Notes: a model not told the origin generated them from the letters alone. A stretch of DNA of 64,000 bases from Octopus sinensis (GCF_006345805.1 NC_042997.1:9052001-9116000), one strand, 5' to 3'; shown: positions 1 through 14,039, counted from the first letter of the stretch. A program made the numbers and translations.

Positions 1-974
1 AACTATTATGAGGAAGTCTGGAAGTGGAGGAATCAACAAAAAACGTACCAAAGCTTTTATTAAAGCTCTAAAATCCAAAATCATAAAGGATCCAACCAAA
101 TCCATGGGGAAAATGGCAATTGAGCTTGAGGTAGACAACAAGAACATTAGAAATGCTGTAAAATATGATTTGAGGTTAACATCTTACACAATAACACCAA
201 AACACTTGTTGACAACCGCTATGAAAGAAAAGGGATTGGAAAGGTGCAAGAAAATTATTACATGGTTCAAGAAAAGGTCCTCCATTGTCGATGCTGTTCT
301 GAACTGCAGAAAAAACAGATTTATTGCAAAATCAACAGCTGAGGTTAAGGGAACATTCAAAACAGAACATCCTGCTCAAGTTATGGCTTTTGATGTTGTG
401 GCTTCTGATAGAAAGAAAATGCCTATAAAATTCTACAAAGCTGATGAAAAGATCAATGTTAATACTTACTACAAGACTCTGAGATACTAGGTATTGCCTT
501 GGCTTAAAGCAGACTACCCAGTTGGTAATTATGTATGGACACAGGATGGTGTTCCAGCCCACACAGCTAGAAAAATACAAGCTTTCTGCAAATCCAACTT
601 AAGCAATTTTTTGGAATTATGTTTATGGCCACCTTGTATCCCAGAGCTAAACCCTCTGAATTATGATATTTGGTGTGTTTTAGAACATGCTACCAATAGA
701 ACATCACACAGCAATGTCGACGCTCTTAAAGATACTCTTAAAGAAGAATGGGAGAAGTTGTCTCCTGAATATTTGAGGAATGCCTGTGCAAGTTTCAGGA
801 AGTGTGTGAAGGCAGTTATTGAGAAAGAAGGAGGACACATAGAATAAAAACAGTTTCTATTATGTAAATTTTCTTGTGGAAAATAAATTCTCATAACTTT
901 CAATAAACTAATTGGTCATTCACTTTCTTTCAATCCCTGCCTCAAAATATTGTAAATTTTGCTTCCCCACCCTG
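1..974 (+). mobile_element. Tc1/mariner maT-type (DD37D) transposon, dead copy; left end lies outside the window
   Basis: ORFs 8-490 and 494-847 are one frame broken by TAG. Motifs WTQDGVPAH and LWPPCIPELNPLNY (typical WPPxSPDLNPLDY) have 37 residues between the second D and the third catalytic position (D mutated to N). The first-D region appears deleted. The right end reads CACCCTG followed by TA (975-976). Confidence 0.85.
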
Positions 975-997
975 TATATATATATATATGTATGTGT

Positions 998-1215
998 GCA
1001 GAATCGTTAGCATGCCGGGCGAAATGCGTAGCCGTATTTCGTCTGTTGTTACGTTCCGAGTTCAAATTCCGCCGAGGTCGACTTTGCCTTTCATCCTTTC
1101 GGGGTCGATAAATTAAGTACCAGTTACACACTGGGGTCGATGTAATCGACTCAATCCCTTTGTCTGTCCTTGTTTGTCCCCTATATGTTTAGCCCCTTGT
1201 GGGTAGTAAAGAAAT
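998..1215 (+). mobile_element. SINE family B (GCAGAATCGTTAGC...GAGTTCAAATTCC...CCTTTCATCC)
   Basis: Matches more than 10 other copies in the window; B-box-like GAGTTCAAATTCC. Confidence 0.8.
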
Positions 1216-1216
1216 A

Positions 1217-1455
1217 TATGTATGTGTGTGTATAAGTTTGTGTGTCTGTGTTTGTCTCCCAACATCGCTTGACAACCAATGCTGGTGTGTTTACATCCCC
1301 GTAACTTAGCGGTGCAGCAAAAGAGACTGATAGAATAAGTACTAGGCTTACAAAGAATAAGTTCTGGGGGCGATTTGCTCAACTAAAGGCAGTGCTCCAG
1401 CATGGCCACAGTCAAAAGACTGAAACAAGTAAAAGAGTAAAAGAGAGTAAAGAGT
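1217..1455 (+). mobile_element. SINE family A, 3' half
   Basis: CAACATCGCTTGACAACC...GCTCCAGCATGGCC...GAAACAAGTAAAAGAG, shared with many copies. Confidence 0.8.
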
Positions 1456-2119
1456 ATTTCTCGTTGCTCCTGTCCGCTCAGCTGTAAATAGATACCCTGT
1501 GAGACACTTGCCTTCTGATAAGGAGGAAGGATGGTCTGCTTTCTAGCCAGTACGGTGGCATCATTTGAAAGCTAGAGATACAAAGCGCATTGTGATCAGC
1601 GATGTATACCAACAGCCAATATTATGGATGATCACATGATACATAATACATAGATAATGCATAAACATCTTACAGTCAATCAAGGTCCTTTGATATAGAC
1701 TTAATCAAACCAAAAGTTGAGGTTGTTTTAATCTAGTGAGTGTAGTTTTAGACAGTATGCACAATATTTAGTCGGAGCAGCTAAAAACAGAGAGAAAGAA
1801 AGAGAGAGAGAGACAGAGACAGAGACAGCAACAGACAGATAGACAAAGATTACTTGTGTGTGAGTGAGAGTAAGGTGAGTATCTGTATAAATGTACATGG
1901 AGGTGTATGGAAATGTAAAGTGCAATAACACACTCGTATATATTCAAAACTTTGATTGGTAATTGGCTTCGTTAGACTGACGAAACCAATCACCACCACC
2001 AAGACTTCGATGTCACTATCAACTTTCTTCTTGCAAAAGTAAATTTAATACTCTACTTAAATGTCTTGAGTGCTCTTTCAGTTAATGTTTGATTATATTT
2101 ATGCATGATTTTCCATAAA

Positions 2120-2203
2120 TCATACACATACATATGAACACACATATATATATATATACACATACACATATGAATATATATATATATATGCACATACATA
2201 TGA

Positions 2204-2234
<31 letters not shown>

Positions 2235-2743
2235 CATATGAATATATATATATATATATATAATATATATATATATGAATATATATATATATACACATAC
2301 ATACATGCATATGAATATATATACATGCATACATATGATATATATATATATATATATATATGAATATATATATAGACAAATACATACATGCATGCATGCA
2401 TACATACATACATAAATACATACTTACACACATACATACACATACACTACATACATACATACATACATGCATGCATACATGCATACATACATACATACAT
2501 ACATACTACATACACACATACATACACATACATACATACACACATACATACATACATATACATGCATACATACACACATACATACACACATACATACATA
2601 CACACATACATACATACATACATACATACACTTATACATATCTAATTCTAATAACTGTTCAGAATCCAGCTTCAGTATATATTTCTGTACATACATATGT
2701 ACATAGTAATTGACATGTGTGTGTATGTATGTGTGTGTATGTA

Positions 2744-2795
<52 letters not shown>

Positions 2796-2812
2796 TGTGT
2801 GTGTGTGTGTGT
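2120..2812. repeat. Compound microsatellite (AT)n/(ACAT)n/(GT)n
   Basis: Directly visible; source of the YI/HT/CV ORFs. Confidence 0.95.
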
Positions 2813-3284
2813 ATGGCAATCATTTGTTGCTTTTCGTTCCGTTTTTTTTTTTTTTTACTTTTGCCAATATTCATGAGATAAATCATTTGAATGTCAAATC
2901 GTATATAAGTTATAGGTAAAAATCAACGTTAATGAAACTACTTACATTGATCAGATCTTACAGAATCTTAGTGGCAGTGATGTTAACGTTCTTGACATCT
3001 CTGATATTGTGATCAAAAAGTTAGTTAACTTTGCTTTGCTTTCTAATACTCTCTTTTTTTCTTCCCGTCTTTCTCTAAAGCTAAAGTACCTCTCTTCCTC
3101 CTATGTTCTTTCTCTCATTCCACTTACACTTACCCATCTGTTTGTTTCTCTCATTTCCCTTCTTTTCCAAATATTCATGATGGTCATCATCAGCCAGTTC
3201 GGTCTCACCTGTTTAGAATGATCTGGAAAGGTCATGGCCATCGCTGGCTTTTTTTCTCTTAACTAACTTATAAAAAGCTGTGTC

Positions 3285-3322
3285 TCTCCTTCTCTCTTTT
3301 TATCTCTCTCACAGTCTATCTT

Positions 3323-3381
<59 letters not shown>

Positions 3382-3414
3382 AACTATCTGTCCGTCTGTC
3401 TGCCTGCATGTCTG

Positions 3415-3465
<51 letters not shown>

Positions 3466-3491
3466 GTCTGTCTATCTATCTGTCTGTCTAT

Positions 3492-3525
<34 letters not shown>

Positions 3526-3545
3526 CTACCTACCTACCTACCTAC

Positions 3546-3607
<62 letters not shown>

Positions 3608-3775
3608 CCTTTTCTCCCTGTCCTCCTTTCACTCTGCGACTGTATTTTCATTTTCTCTGAACTGCTAGTCTTTTCCTTTGTCATCTTATTTTTCTGTAGC
3701 ACTTCTCCCCCTCTCTCTCTCTCTCTCTCTTTCTTTCTCTCTCTCTCTCTCCTCCTCTCTCTCTCTCTCTTCCTT
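3285..3775. repeat. Compound microsatellite (TCTT)n/(TCTA)n/(CT)n
   Basis: Directly visible. Confidence 0.95.
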
Positions 3776-4234
3776 CCTTTTTATATTCTTATTTCGAATC
3801 CTGCTGATATCAACTTTACCTTTCATCCTTTTGGGAGTCAATGAAATAAAGTACCTCTTAAGTACTGAAAATGATGGTATTGACTAACGCTCATCACCTC
3901 CTCAAAACAGATGGCCATGTGCCTAAATTAGCAGTCATCACCATCATCATCGTCGTTGCCGTCATCATCATCATCATCATTATGATTGTTATCATTGTTA
4001 TTATTCAAGGCATAAGATGGCAGAAACATTAGCATACTAGACAAAATACTTGTTGGCATTTCAGCCATCTTTACATTATGAGTTCAAATTTACCTTTCAT
4101 CAATTTGGGATGAATAAAGTAAGTACCAGTCAAGTACTGGGATGGGATGATGTAATTAACAATACCAGCCACCATAAATTTCAGGCTTTGTGCCGATAAT
4201 GGAAAGAATTATTATTGTTGTTATTGTTGTGAAA

Positions 4235-4500
4235 GGTAGGAGAGTCCAGTTTGCTGGACATTGTTGTAGAGCTGAAAAAGAAGTAATTTCTACTCTTCTC
4301 CTCTGGAAGCCATCTACTCGCAATACCAGAGGGTGCACACTCTCCTACCCTGATGTAATCTCCAGGGATACAGGCATCCAGCAACAGGACCTCCGTAATG
4401 CCATGATGGACCATGAAGTCTGGCGTAGCATGGTAAATTCCATTGTCTCGACTACGGTCGAACAATGATGATGTTGTTGTTGTTATTATTATTATTATTA
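4235..4500 (+). mobile_element. 3' end of an RTE-clade LINE (family distinct from the 27.5-kb element)
   Basis: RRVQFAGHCCR...LLLWKP...YPDVISRDTG...AMMDHEVWRSMV resembles the RTE ORF2 C-terminus; followed by a (GAT)/(TAT) tail. Confidence 0.7.
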
Positions 4501-4579
4501 TTATTATTCAGTAGTTTTATTTTTATAGCGTGCTTTCACTTCACTACCGAGCACAGCTCTGTGTGCCTTAGGTATGTGC

Positions 4580-4618
<39 letters not shown>

Positions 4619-4628
4619 GTGGGTGGGT

Positions 4629-4885
4629 GACCCCCTTCGGCCATGAATGACCATGGGATTGCACCTAGAAAATTACTTTGCAAGGCACAAGTCTGGGTAA
4701 GGTTGTTTATGGAAGACCAGCAATTGCCTCAGCATACCACCTTCCCCTCTTCATGCCACCAATGTTATCCAAGGGAAAGGCAAAGGTTGATACAGCTTGG
4801 CACCAATGATGTCACAACTCATTTCTACAGCTGAGTGAACTGGAGCAATGTGAAATAAAATGTCTTGCTCAAGAACACTACATGC
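4629..4885 (-). mobile_element. SINE family D, head missing
   Basis: Colinear with the complete copy at 54034-54364. Confidence 0.8.
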
Positions 4886-5612
4886 TGGGAAAATTACCTA
4901 GTGGTATTTTGTTCATTAATACATCCTGAAGTTCAATTTTCACTGAGGTTGATTTTGTTTTTCTTTCATCCTTTTGGAATCAATAAAATAAGTACCAGTC
5001 AAATATTGAGGTCAGTGTAATTGACTTACCTCACCACTGTAATTTCTGTCCTTGTGCCACAATTTGAAAGCAATTGTCTTTGGGTTATTCTATGCAATTC
5101 GTGCACATTTCTATATGTTTTATACATATGTACGTCCCAAGATTTTTATTATTTATTTGAGGCTACATTTTTATTATTCTATCATTCTTGGGATACTTAT
5201 TATGTTTGGGGTACTTGATACATTTCTGTGATTAATCCCTCCATTCTCATTATTTCTATTCCCAAATCTTTATATTTCAATAGTTTTTTCAATTCCTTAT
5301 AAAAGTATATTGTTATCTTTTGGAAATTATATATTGGTTAAGAGATATTTTTCTCACCAGAAATTGATGAAAATGTTATAGGGATGATTTATTTTAATCT
5401 TTGTTTCTGTAACAGTTGGCATTTTTCAGAGTATGGTCTCTTTGTCATGCTTTGACTCTTGAAGTATATGCTCATAACACTTCATTTCTCTGGGTATTTT
5501 ATAATACTGTCACAGCTTTTAATATGCAGAAGCACTGTTTCTATCCTGTCCATAATATATATTCTCTTTTGTCTAAGATTGAAATGGCAGAAACAATATC
5601 ATTATTTCTTTT

Positions 5613-6024
5613 GGATCTTTTCGGTTTGAGCGGCAGTTTTTAACATAATTTCTAGGTAACTAAAAAATTTTAAACTTCGTATACTGGTAGAATGTGTTTA
5701 TAAAACATCTTTTTCTCTTGGCTTTATTGAGAAAATTTTATAGTTTGTAAGATATTTGTTGTTTTTTTTCTTCAATTTCTGCAATTTCAACCAATCAATG
5801 ACGTGTATTGAGGTAAAAAACATTCCGTGCCGTATGAATATGTCCCTCGCTTAAGAAACAGATTGGGTTTATTTACATTTGTGAAGAAAAAAAGATACCC
5901 CCCCCCCCCCACCGTAACCCTAAAACAGATTGAAATGCAATAGATCAATACTAGGGTCATAATTTTGGGTGACAATTTCATATGACACGGCTAGAAAGAA
6001 CTGCCGTTCAAACCGAAAAGATCC
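5613..6024. mobile_element. MITE with 26-bp TIRs and an 8-bp TSD
   Basis: TIR GGATCTTTTCGGTTTGA(G/A)CGGCAGTT at 5613-5638 and 5999-6024; TTTCTTTT directly repeated at 5605-5612 and 6025-6032. Confidence 0.8.
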
Positions 6025-6849
6025 TTTCTTTTCATCCGCAACTTATACTACATGTATCATTTTTGTGTTGTTTTGTTTTTATTCTACATGTTTTGGCAAT
6101 TTCTGAAGAGAAAGCTTTGATTTTGTGCCACAATAAAAAGAAAATACATTTTTCTGCCTCAGTGTTAACTTCTGAACCTCACGGCTTTCATCAGGCAAAG
6201 CCTTTTATTTCCATTTTTGTCAATGTCTCAGCATAACACTTTATCACATTTTCAGTTTAGTATTTAATGTTTGTAGCTTTTGAAATTGTCTTCATGTTTT
6301 TTGCCACAGCTTTTTGCTACCTCAAATTCTATTTTATTTTTGTTGGATTCCTCAAAGACAGAAAGAAGCTTTCCATTGTGCCTCTATTTATTTTTTTCAT
6401 TCCTTACAATTTTTGTAGTCCTTCAGCAGATATTTTATAAATTACTAGTTGTAGAAAGCTCTGACCTTCCTGTAATTCATGCTAAATGTAATCTTCCTGT
6501 CAGATTCTGGGGGTGCATTCTAAATTCAGTTGTTATCTTTATTGTTTTTTCTCTTCTGGTCTTGTCAATTCACTTATCCATTCATTGAGAATATAACTAT
6601 AGTTTATCACTGGAACAGCTGAAATATTGATACATGTTATTGCATTGCTAACGTTAGCATAGTTTTAAGTAATAGTTTAATGCAACTGTAATATTCTTTC
6701 TTAATCGTGTCTCACAATTTATGTGCATTGAACTCTATCATGTTCATTAATTCCTTAGAATTTGTAAGACTGTTAGGTTTCATCCTCATACCTTGATTTC
6801 TTCATTTAATTTGTTAATTGTTTTATTATTTTTTCCCCACTTTCAAGCT

Positions 6850-7460
6850 TGGCTTCATGCATTTTTTAAAATCAAATTTCATGTCAAATTTTTTTTCTGA
6901 ATCTGTTTGTTGTCTGTAACACTCAACTGTTTGTCATTTGTGAATACAACTTAAGATCTTACATATAAGAGGAGAATTGTCCTTTCCTAACATTTGTATC
7001 CAAGTTTAGTTTTGTTTAACAAGTTAACTAAAGGTATTAATGCTAACAGAGAACTGAAGAGCAAGGTTTTGTTCAAAGAATTGTTATTGCTTTTTTTCCC
7101 AACAACAGAATATTTGCAATATTTCCAGGTTCTCTTGTATTAAGTGTTCTTTGATCAAATGTTCTTTTTTACATTATATTTTTGTCGTATCTTTTCTTTT
7201 GAATTTGTATCTTTACGTTGTTTTTATCTTTGAGGATTCTGAGATTTTCTCCATCTCTCTTTGTGCTTTTTTATTTTTTCACATTGCGGATTCAGGTTTA
7301 AATATTCTTCTATCTGCAATATTGAGAAGTGTTCAGTTTTATCTCTAGCTATTGAGATTGCTGAAAACAATCTTTTATTTATCCTGGTGATATCAACATT
7401 GGTGTCTGTTTTTAATATCTCTACAAAAATTGGGTTTAAAATGCTATTTTATCATTAAGC
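6850..7460 (-). mobile_element. Heavily decayed R4/Dong LINE RT fragment
   Basis: Minus-strand translation around 7100-6850 loosely parallels the LSPLLF...GY...LLYMDDLKL...FG..KC region; many stops. Confidence 0.4.
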
Positions 7461-7789
7461 TTTATCTTTTGGGGAGTCTTTTTGATAAGAATATCTGTGG
7501 GTTTTAATTCCTTAACAATTTTAGATTATTTTCATACTGAAAATTTCAATCTTCAGAAATTTTTATTGTAATTGACAAAGATGACTGTCAATGACCATCT
7601 ATTTTTAAAAAAATATCAGAGTAGAATGGTGAAGTTTACAAAGAAATAACAAGTGGCTACTTAAAATTTTAGAAGCGGTTGATAGGAAAGGTTTAGCAAA
7701 CCAACCTGTCAGCAGTGGAAATGGAGCTGTGAGACACATTAGAAATTGGAAGAGAAAGCAATTTAATGGTAGGTTTTGTATATTTATCG

Positions 7790-10000
7790 AGGCCAAATTT
7801 CATCCTGATGTTATCACTGAATTATTTAACAATCGCTAGTAAGCCTTGTAGTTGTTGGCCATTTTTTTGCAAAGAGCTTTAAATCATCTATGTAAATGAG
7901 ATGATTTATATTTTTATCAAACATTTTATAACCATATTGTACATCATTCAGCAATTTTGAGAGAGGTATTAAGGCTAGACAAAAGAGGAGTTGTGATAGA
8001 GAGTCACCCTAGAAAATGCCACATGAAATTCTTACATCTCCAGCATTAAGAGATTCATTGTCACTGTTCAAAGTCAGTGTGGTTCTCTATAATCTCATAC
8101 TTACAGACAAGAAGTTTTGCAGAGTTGGTGCTATTTTATACATTTCCAGATATTTCTAAATCTATTTATGTGGTAGACTATCAAAAGCTTTTTTATAGTC
8201 TATCCTAGCTATCAACAAGTTTTTGTGTCATTTGTGACAATCTTCAAGATCATCTTATCGATGAGTAGCTTATCTTTACCACCACAGGACTCATGTTTAC
8301 ATCCTTTCTGCTCATTAAGGAATATGCCACTGTCTATTAAAAAACTATAGGTATATTCAGTCAAGACAGATGTTAGCATTCTATATATTGTTGTTAAGTA
8401 GATTATGGGTCTATAATTTTTTGGTTCATTTGTTTCTTCCTTTTTTAAAAGTAGGAATGGTACACTATTAACTACCCAAGAGAGAATCATACTAGGTTGT
8501 TGCAAAATATTGTTGTAAAGTTTTGTTAGCAGTTCATAGCTCTCTGGGAAGGCATTCGACCAGAAGATAGGAATTTTATCCTTTCTTGGAGACTTCTATT
8601 TGCTTGACTTGCTGAGAGCAGATCTTATATCCTCTACCTTGATACCCTCCCACTTTTGCTCTTCTAAGGAATCTAAGTCTAGATATTCTATCAATCCAAG
8701 GAGCCTTTTCATTGTATGTTTTTTCATCTGTCCAAATTTTATTCCAAAATTCCTGCACTTCTTCTTTTGATGGGATAAACTTTACTCTAACTGGTATTTT
8801 CCCTATCTTCCTATAAAAAATGTTTGGGTTATTTTTGAGCCTGTTGTCCTTGAAGAATCTAACACGGTTTTCATACCCTGCTAAGCAGGCAGCTTTAGAA
8901 CATACCTTTTGTTTGGTGGTTGCTATGGTGGCTTCGATGTCAAATATGGCTTTCATACTATACTTTTGCTTTAATTTTCGGATTTTTGTTGGTTTGATAG
9001 TCTTGTCAAATTTAAGGCTTTTTAAACATTCTTTGTCAGACCTAAGTCGCTGAATTTGGTGTTGAATACACTCTTACCAAATAGGTTTTTCATGGGAATG
9101 TTATCAATTTCTAATCTTTTCATGACAGAATCGTTGAGATTTTCATGGATGCATAGAACAGGTGGTTGAGATCTGTAATATCAACATTTTTAGCTTAAAT
9201 TACATCCTTAAGTGCAAGCTGTATTTTACCAATTATTTTCAGGTTTTGGTTAGAATTGCGAATTTTTGGGAGTGTCACGTTCATTCGTACTGGTTTCTTT
9301 AATTTTCAGCTATTCAATCATGATTTGATTTTTTAGATCATGTAGTCCTATAGGGTCAATTTCTGTGTGACTTTCTTCGTCTATTTGATTTTCATCTGCC
9401 TTAGTGTTTATAATTGGTTCAGAGATTACTTCACTTTGCTTTTCAGTTACATTAATTCTTTCAATCATTATTGCATTTTCATCAGCCCTGGGCTGGTCTA
9501 TAATTATTTCCTCTGTAGTATCTTCTTTAGCTGCAGCTTCATTCTTTTTATCTTTTACTGATTGTTTAATTTGGTCAATCTCTAATTCAGTTAGTATTTT
9601 CTTTTTCATAATGTTTCTTCTGAAGTTGGCAAGTTTGTTACTGCCTATGTAGGGTTTTACTTCAGAGTGTTTGTCTCCAGTTTAAGTAGGTTTGTACAGT
9701 ACTAGATTTATTTGTGGGAAAATTTATGGTATGATAGAAAGCTGCAAGAACTTCTTTATTATCTCTCCTAGACCATTTTTTATTCTTTTTCTTTTGGTTA
9801 TTTGATGACGAGCATGGATGGCCATCTGTTGGAATATTCCAGTTGTGGAGTACTTCCAACTCCTGGGTTTCAGGAAGATTTGAACCAGTCACTGATTTTT
9901 TGTATCGAATCTCATTCATCATTTCAGTACGTGGTCCTTGTTTCTCCGGTGACAACAGATCCAGTTTGTATTTTGCTTTGTTATCATTAAGGCATGACAA
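7790..10000 (-). mobile_element. R4/Dong-clade non-LTR retrotransposon, broken ORF, 3'-truncated
   Basis: KWSRRDNKEVLAAFY (N-term); PSKEEVQEFWNKIW...YNEKAPWI; EPKNYRPIIYLTTIYRMLT...EQKGCK...KDKLLIDKMIL; further downstream GDSLS.LLFCLALIPLS and HLIYIDDLKL in broken frames. Confidence 0.8.
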
Positions 10001-10669
10001 GCTTGGTCATTGACATTAGGGGACGGATCTATTTGTTTAGGGTTAATTTTTTGAAGCAACACCACCTCCAAGTTCTCTGCATAAAAACATTGCTCGTAAT
10101 GTAGCTTCTTAAAGCTAACAGATCTGTATTCATCTATATTTTTCTTGTTGATAGATTTATCTCTGAGCATAGTTTTTTGTGGTGTTTTTAAACTTATGAA
10201 TTGTTCACTCTGTGTTAGTTCAAAAAATAAAAATTTGTTTTGTTTTTGCTTAGTTTGTGACATGTTTTCATATGCATGTATGTGTGTCCTGTAAATTTTA
10301 CATAGTTGTGTAAACATTGGGATGTATGTGTAGTACTATGGACATTAAAATGTATGTGTGATTGTGTAGACATTCGAATGTATGCATAATTACTCAATTT
10401 ATGTACTTACTGTTTTCCATTTATATTTTATAATTTGTAAACTTTCTGGTGTTGATTTCACAGGTGTGTTTCACACATGTTTCACTGAGACATCGTGCAT
10501 AGGAGAAACTGTGTTTTGTATGACAGTAAAATTTCGTTTTTGTGATTATTTTCGTTAAGAGGCTACTTCCTGCAAGTCTTCCACAGGTTCCTTTATCCTA
10601 TTCCACCAATGTTATTAGATTAGATTTGTTTTTTTAAATGAAGAGCCATTATTATTATTATTATTATTA

Positions 10670-11330
10670 TTATTAAGCAATGTGCTGGTAGAATCTTTAG
10701 CATGCCAAGTTTTCAACTATGTTTACGTTCTGAGTTCAAATTCTACGGTGATCAACTTTGCCTTTCACTCTTTTTGGGTGATAAAATAAGTACAAATCAA
10801 GTACTAGGGGTCAATATAATCTCCTCTCCCCTCAAACATTGGTGGCCTGGTGGCAAAAATTGAAACCACCATCACTACCATCATCATCATCATTATTAAG
10901 GCAGCAAGCTGGCAGAAACATCACAGCACTGGGCAAAGTACTTAGCTGCATTTCATCTGTTTTTACGTTCTGAGTTCAAATAACTCTAAGGTTGACTTCA
11001 CCTTTTATCTTTTTGCGGTTGATAAAGCATGTACCAGCTCACACTGGGTTCAAAGCTATCGACCAGCCCCTCCCCCGAAAATTGCTGGCCTCGGGCCAAA
11101 ATTTGAAGTCATTATTTTTATTAATAATAAGGTGAGAAGCTGGCAGAATCATTGATGAGCTTGACAAAATGTCTTTTTACCTTCTACGTTCATATAGTGC
11201 TGAAGTCAACTTTTTGCCTTTCATCTTTTTGAGGTTGATAACACAAAGTACCAGTTAAGTACTGAAGTACTGACTAAACCCTCTCTGAGACTTACTAGTC
11301 TTCTATCAAAATTTTGAAATCATTATTAGT
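10670..11330 (+). mobile_element. Three tandem diverged SINE B copies
   Basis: Repeated GCTGGCAGAA...TTCTGAGTTCAAA...TGCCTTTCATC...AGTACCAG motifs. Confidence 0.65.
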
Positions 11331-11793
11331 ACTGAAAATCGTGATGACGTTTTTTTTTAGTCTCTCTTCAAAACGCATCTTAGTCCAAACATTTCCAAGT
11401 AAACTTTTATTTGGGAGTGCTTATAAAAAGAATATAAATGTCTAGTAAGGGTATAATGCCAAAAACAAAGGGGGAGACTATGGAAGAAGGGATTGTTTAG
11501 CAAGCTTTTACAATATGTTTTACGCATTAGATTTTTACATCTAGAAGATCTATCAAACAAAGCACTATAATGGCTACAGAAACAATACCAAGCACACTGA
11601 TGTTCAAAGAGGAAGAAGATCATGAAGAAGAGAGTGAACAATTAAACAATCAATAGAAGGAACTGTCCCAAATGCAGAAATAAGAAATTTACAAAACAGT
11701 GACAATAACAACAGGAGCAATCCTTGCACAATTCCAACTACCAAAGTTCATTCACAAGCAGTGTTGTGACAACATGCCTCTCCTCAACACTAA

Positions 11794-11797
<4 letters not shown>

Positions 11798-11883
<86 letters not shown>
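11798..11883. repeat. (TAG)n microsatellite
   Basis: Directly visible. Confidence 0.95.
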
Positions 11884-12311
11884 TTGTAAACATTAACCAT
11901 TTGTTAGTGATGCCCTACTTCTGGCAAATGAACACCTTTGTGCAACTCAAGCAACAATCCACCAACCCAACTATTTGGGTAGTTGGTGTTAGTGAGGGTT
12001 TTGTGAGGTTGGAGCGCAAATCCTACTTCAATTTCTTTTAGTCGACTTTTACAACATGCAGGGGAATGTTGGGTTTATTCTTTCAGATACCCATCCCCAT
12101 ATAGATGAGCAAACAGAATTTTTTGGACTATCATGGTTACATGAAGAAAACTGCAAATGGAAGAACCTTCTAAAGCAAAACGGAATTTATTTGCCACAAG
12201 AGAGGGTAATGAGAAACATTACATGCCTCTGCTTCTGAACAGATGGAAGCAAATTAAATTTGTTCCTCACAAGCATCAAGTAGTACAAGCCTGCCAGTAC
12301 ATATTGGGAGT

Positions 12312-12615
12312 GGAGGCACATGGCCTAGTGGTTAGAGCAGTAGACTCATAGTCGAGGGATCGCGGGTTCGAATCTCAGACCGGGTGATATGTATGTTTAT
12401 GAGCGAAACACCTAAGCTCCACACGGCTCCGGCAGAAGGTAATGGCGAACTTCTACTGACTCTTTCACCACGACTTACTCTCACTCTTTCCTCCTGCATC
12501 TTGAAGCTCACCTGTGATGGACCGGTGTCCTGTCCTGGTGGGGAACCTATACTCCAAGGAAACCAGGAAAATGTCCCTTATGAGTCAGGTGTGGATCGAG
12601 AAGGAACAAACAACA
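12312..12615 (+). mobile_element. tRNA-derived SINE family C
   Basis: A box TGGCCTAGTGG and B box GGTTCGAATC, followed by a ~230-bp body; second copy at 22349-22648. Confidence 0.85.
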
Positions 12616-13566
12616 TATTGGGAGAAATATCTCTGTTAAAAAGTGCAAAAGTTATGGTATTACTTGCTCCTTTAAACAGAAGATGCAACCAAAGTAAAAG
12701 CTGAAATTGCCCAGTTATATATTTGTACCTTGTACAAGTGATAATTGAGACATTGGATATGAGGAAAATCTAAAGCTAGTAGTGACTTTTGTGTTGCAGT
12801 ATAAGAAAGTAATCAAAGAGAGCTTAACAAAAGGTGACCTTGAGCAAAGAGTGTCAAATCAGACTTGCAAATCATAGTACAAAACTGTTGTAACACACCT
12901 TCGTGGCATGATGAGTAAAAATATATTATTACTAATGGAATTACAGTGGGAGAAAAGGATGAATTCACTGACAAAATACACAGCATAAAACAACAGGTGA
13001 AGAAGAACAATTTCTCGTATACGACAACAAAATTCTTCTTCAAAAAAAATAATGTAGAAGATGAAGGGGCTGAAATGAAATAAAACAATATGATAAAAAA
13101 GAATACCCAAATAGCTTTTCGAAGCTGCTTAATGGTGCATTTGCATGCACTCAAACGCAATTAATTGAATGTTGTTGTAGAGTACCCAACTGAACCTAGC
13201 CTAAAAAATTTTCCAGGTCTCTTTTTTTAAATTATATCCCATTTTAATTATTGTGTTTTTTCTATTATTTATTTATTTCCTGTGCAAATACGTGTGTATG
13301 CATGACTGTGCATCTGTGTACATGTATGTGTGTGTGAGTGCATGTGCGTGCATATGTGGGCATGTATATTTGTGTATGTCTACCTTTTAAAATTGTTAAC
13401 AATCACTTCCATATATTGCATAATGTCGCTTAATTTCTACTTTCATAGTTTGTAAATGTGTTTCTTTTGCACACTCTACATTATTCTTTCTTTCTTAGGA
13501 ACCCTTAGCGAAAGATTTGCATCTTTTCTTATCTTTTCAAGCATGTGAGGCAAATAAAAATAAACG

Positions 13567-13567
<1 letters not shown>

Positions 13568-13613
<46 letters not shown>

Positions 13614-13775
13614 CCTTTTTTTTCTTTCAAATTTGCTTCCATTTCTTGCCGAGTGTCTTCCTGACTCCTAGGGCAAAGAAACTCATAGTATGCATTATTA
13701 TTATTATTATTATATTATTATTATTATTATTATTATCATTATTATTATTATTATAATTATCATTATTGTTATTAT

Positions 13776-13841
<66 letters not shown>

Positions 13842-13956
13842 TGCTGCTACTACTACTACTACTGCTACAACTACTAGTACTACTACTACTACTACTACTT
13901 CTATTACTATTACTATTATTATTATTATTATTATTAGTAGTAGTAGTAGTAGTAGC

Positions 13957-13999
<43 letters not shown>

Positions 14000-14032
14000 A
14001 CGGCGGCGGTGGTGGTGGTGGCGGCAGCAGCA
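13568..14032. repeat. Compound trinucleotide array (TAT/TAC/TGC/TAG/GGT) with a short non-repetitive insert
   Basis: Directly visible; produces the homopolymer ORFs. Confidence 0.95.
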
Positions 14033-14039
14033 TATAGTT

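Noticed and set aside
2053-2919. Long ORFs rich in YI/HT/CV (also at 24.2-24.9, 33.6-34.4 and 50.5-51.5 kb and elsewhere)
   Set aside because: They are translations of (AT)/(ACAT)/(GT) microsatellites, open in several frames on both strands.
12312-12385. Possible tRNA genes here, at 22349 and at 54290-54364
   Set aside because: A and B boxes are present, but the acceptor stem does not close and each continues into a repeated SINE body.
12800-13150. Possible Penelope RT C-terminal remnant (IKQQVKKNNFSY...)
   Set aside because: Only a vague resemblance, with many stops; it needs a profile search.
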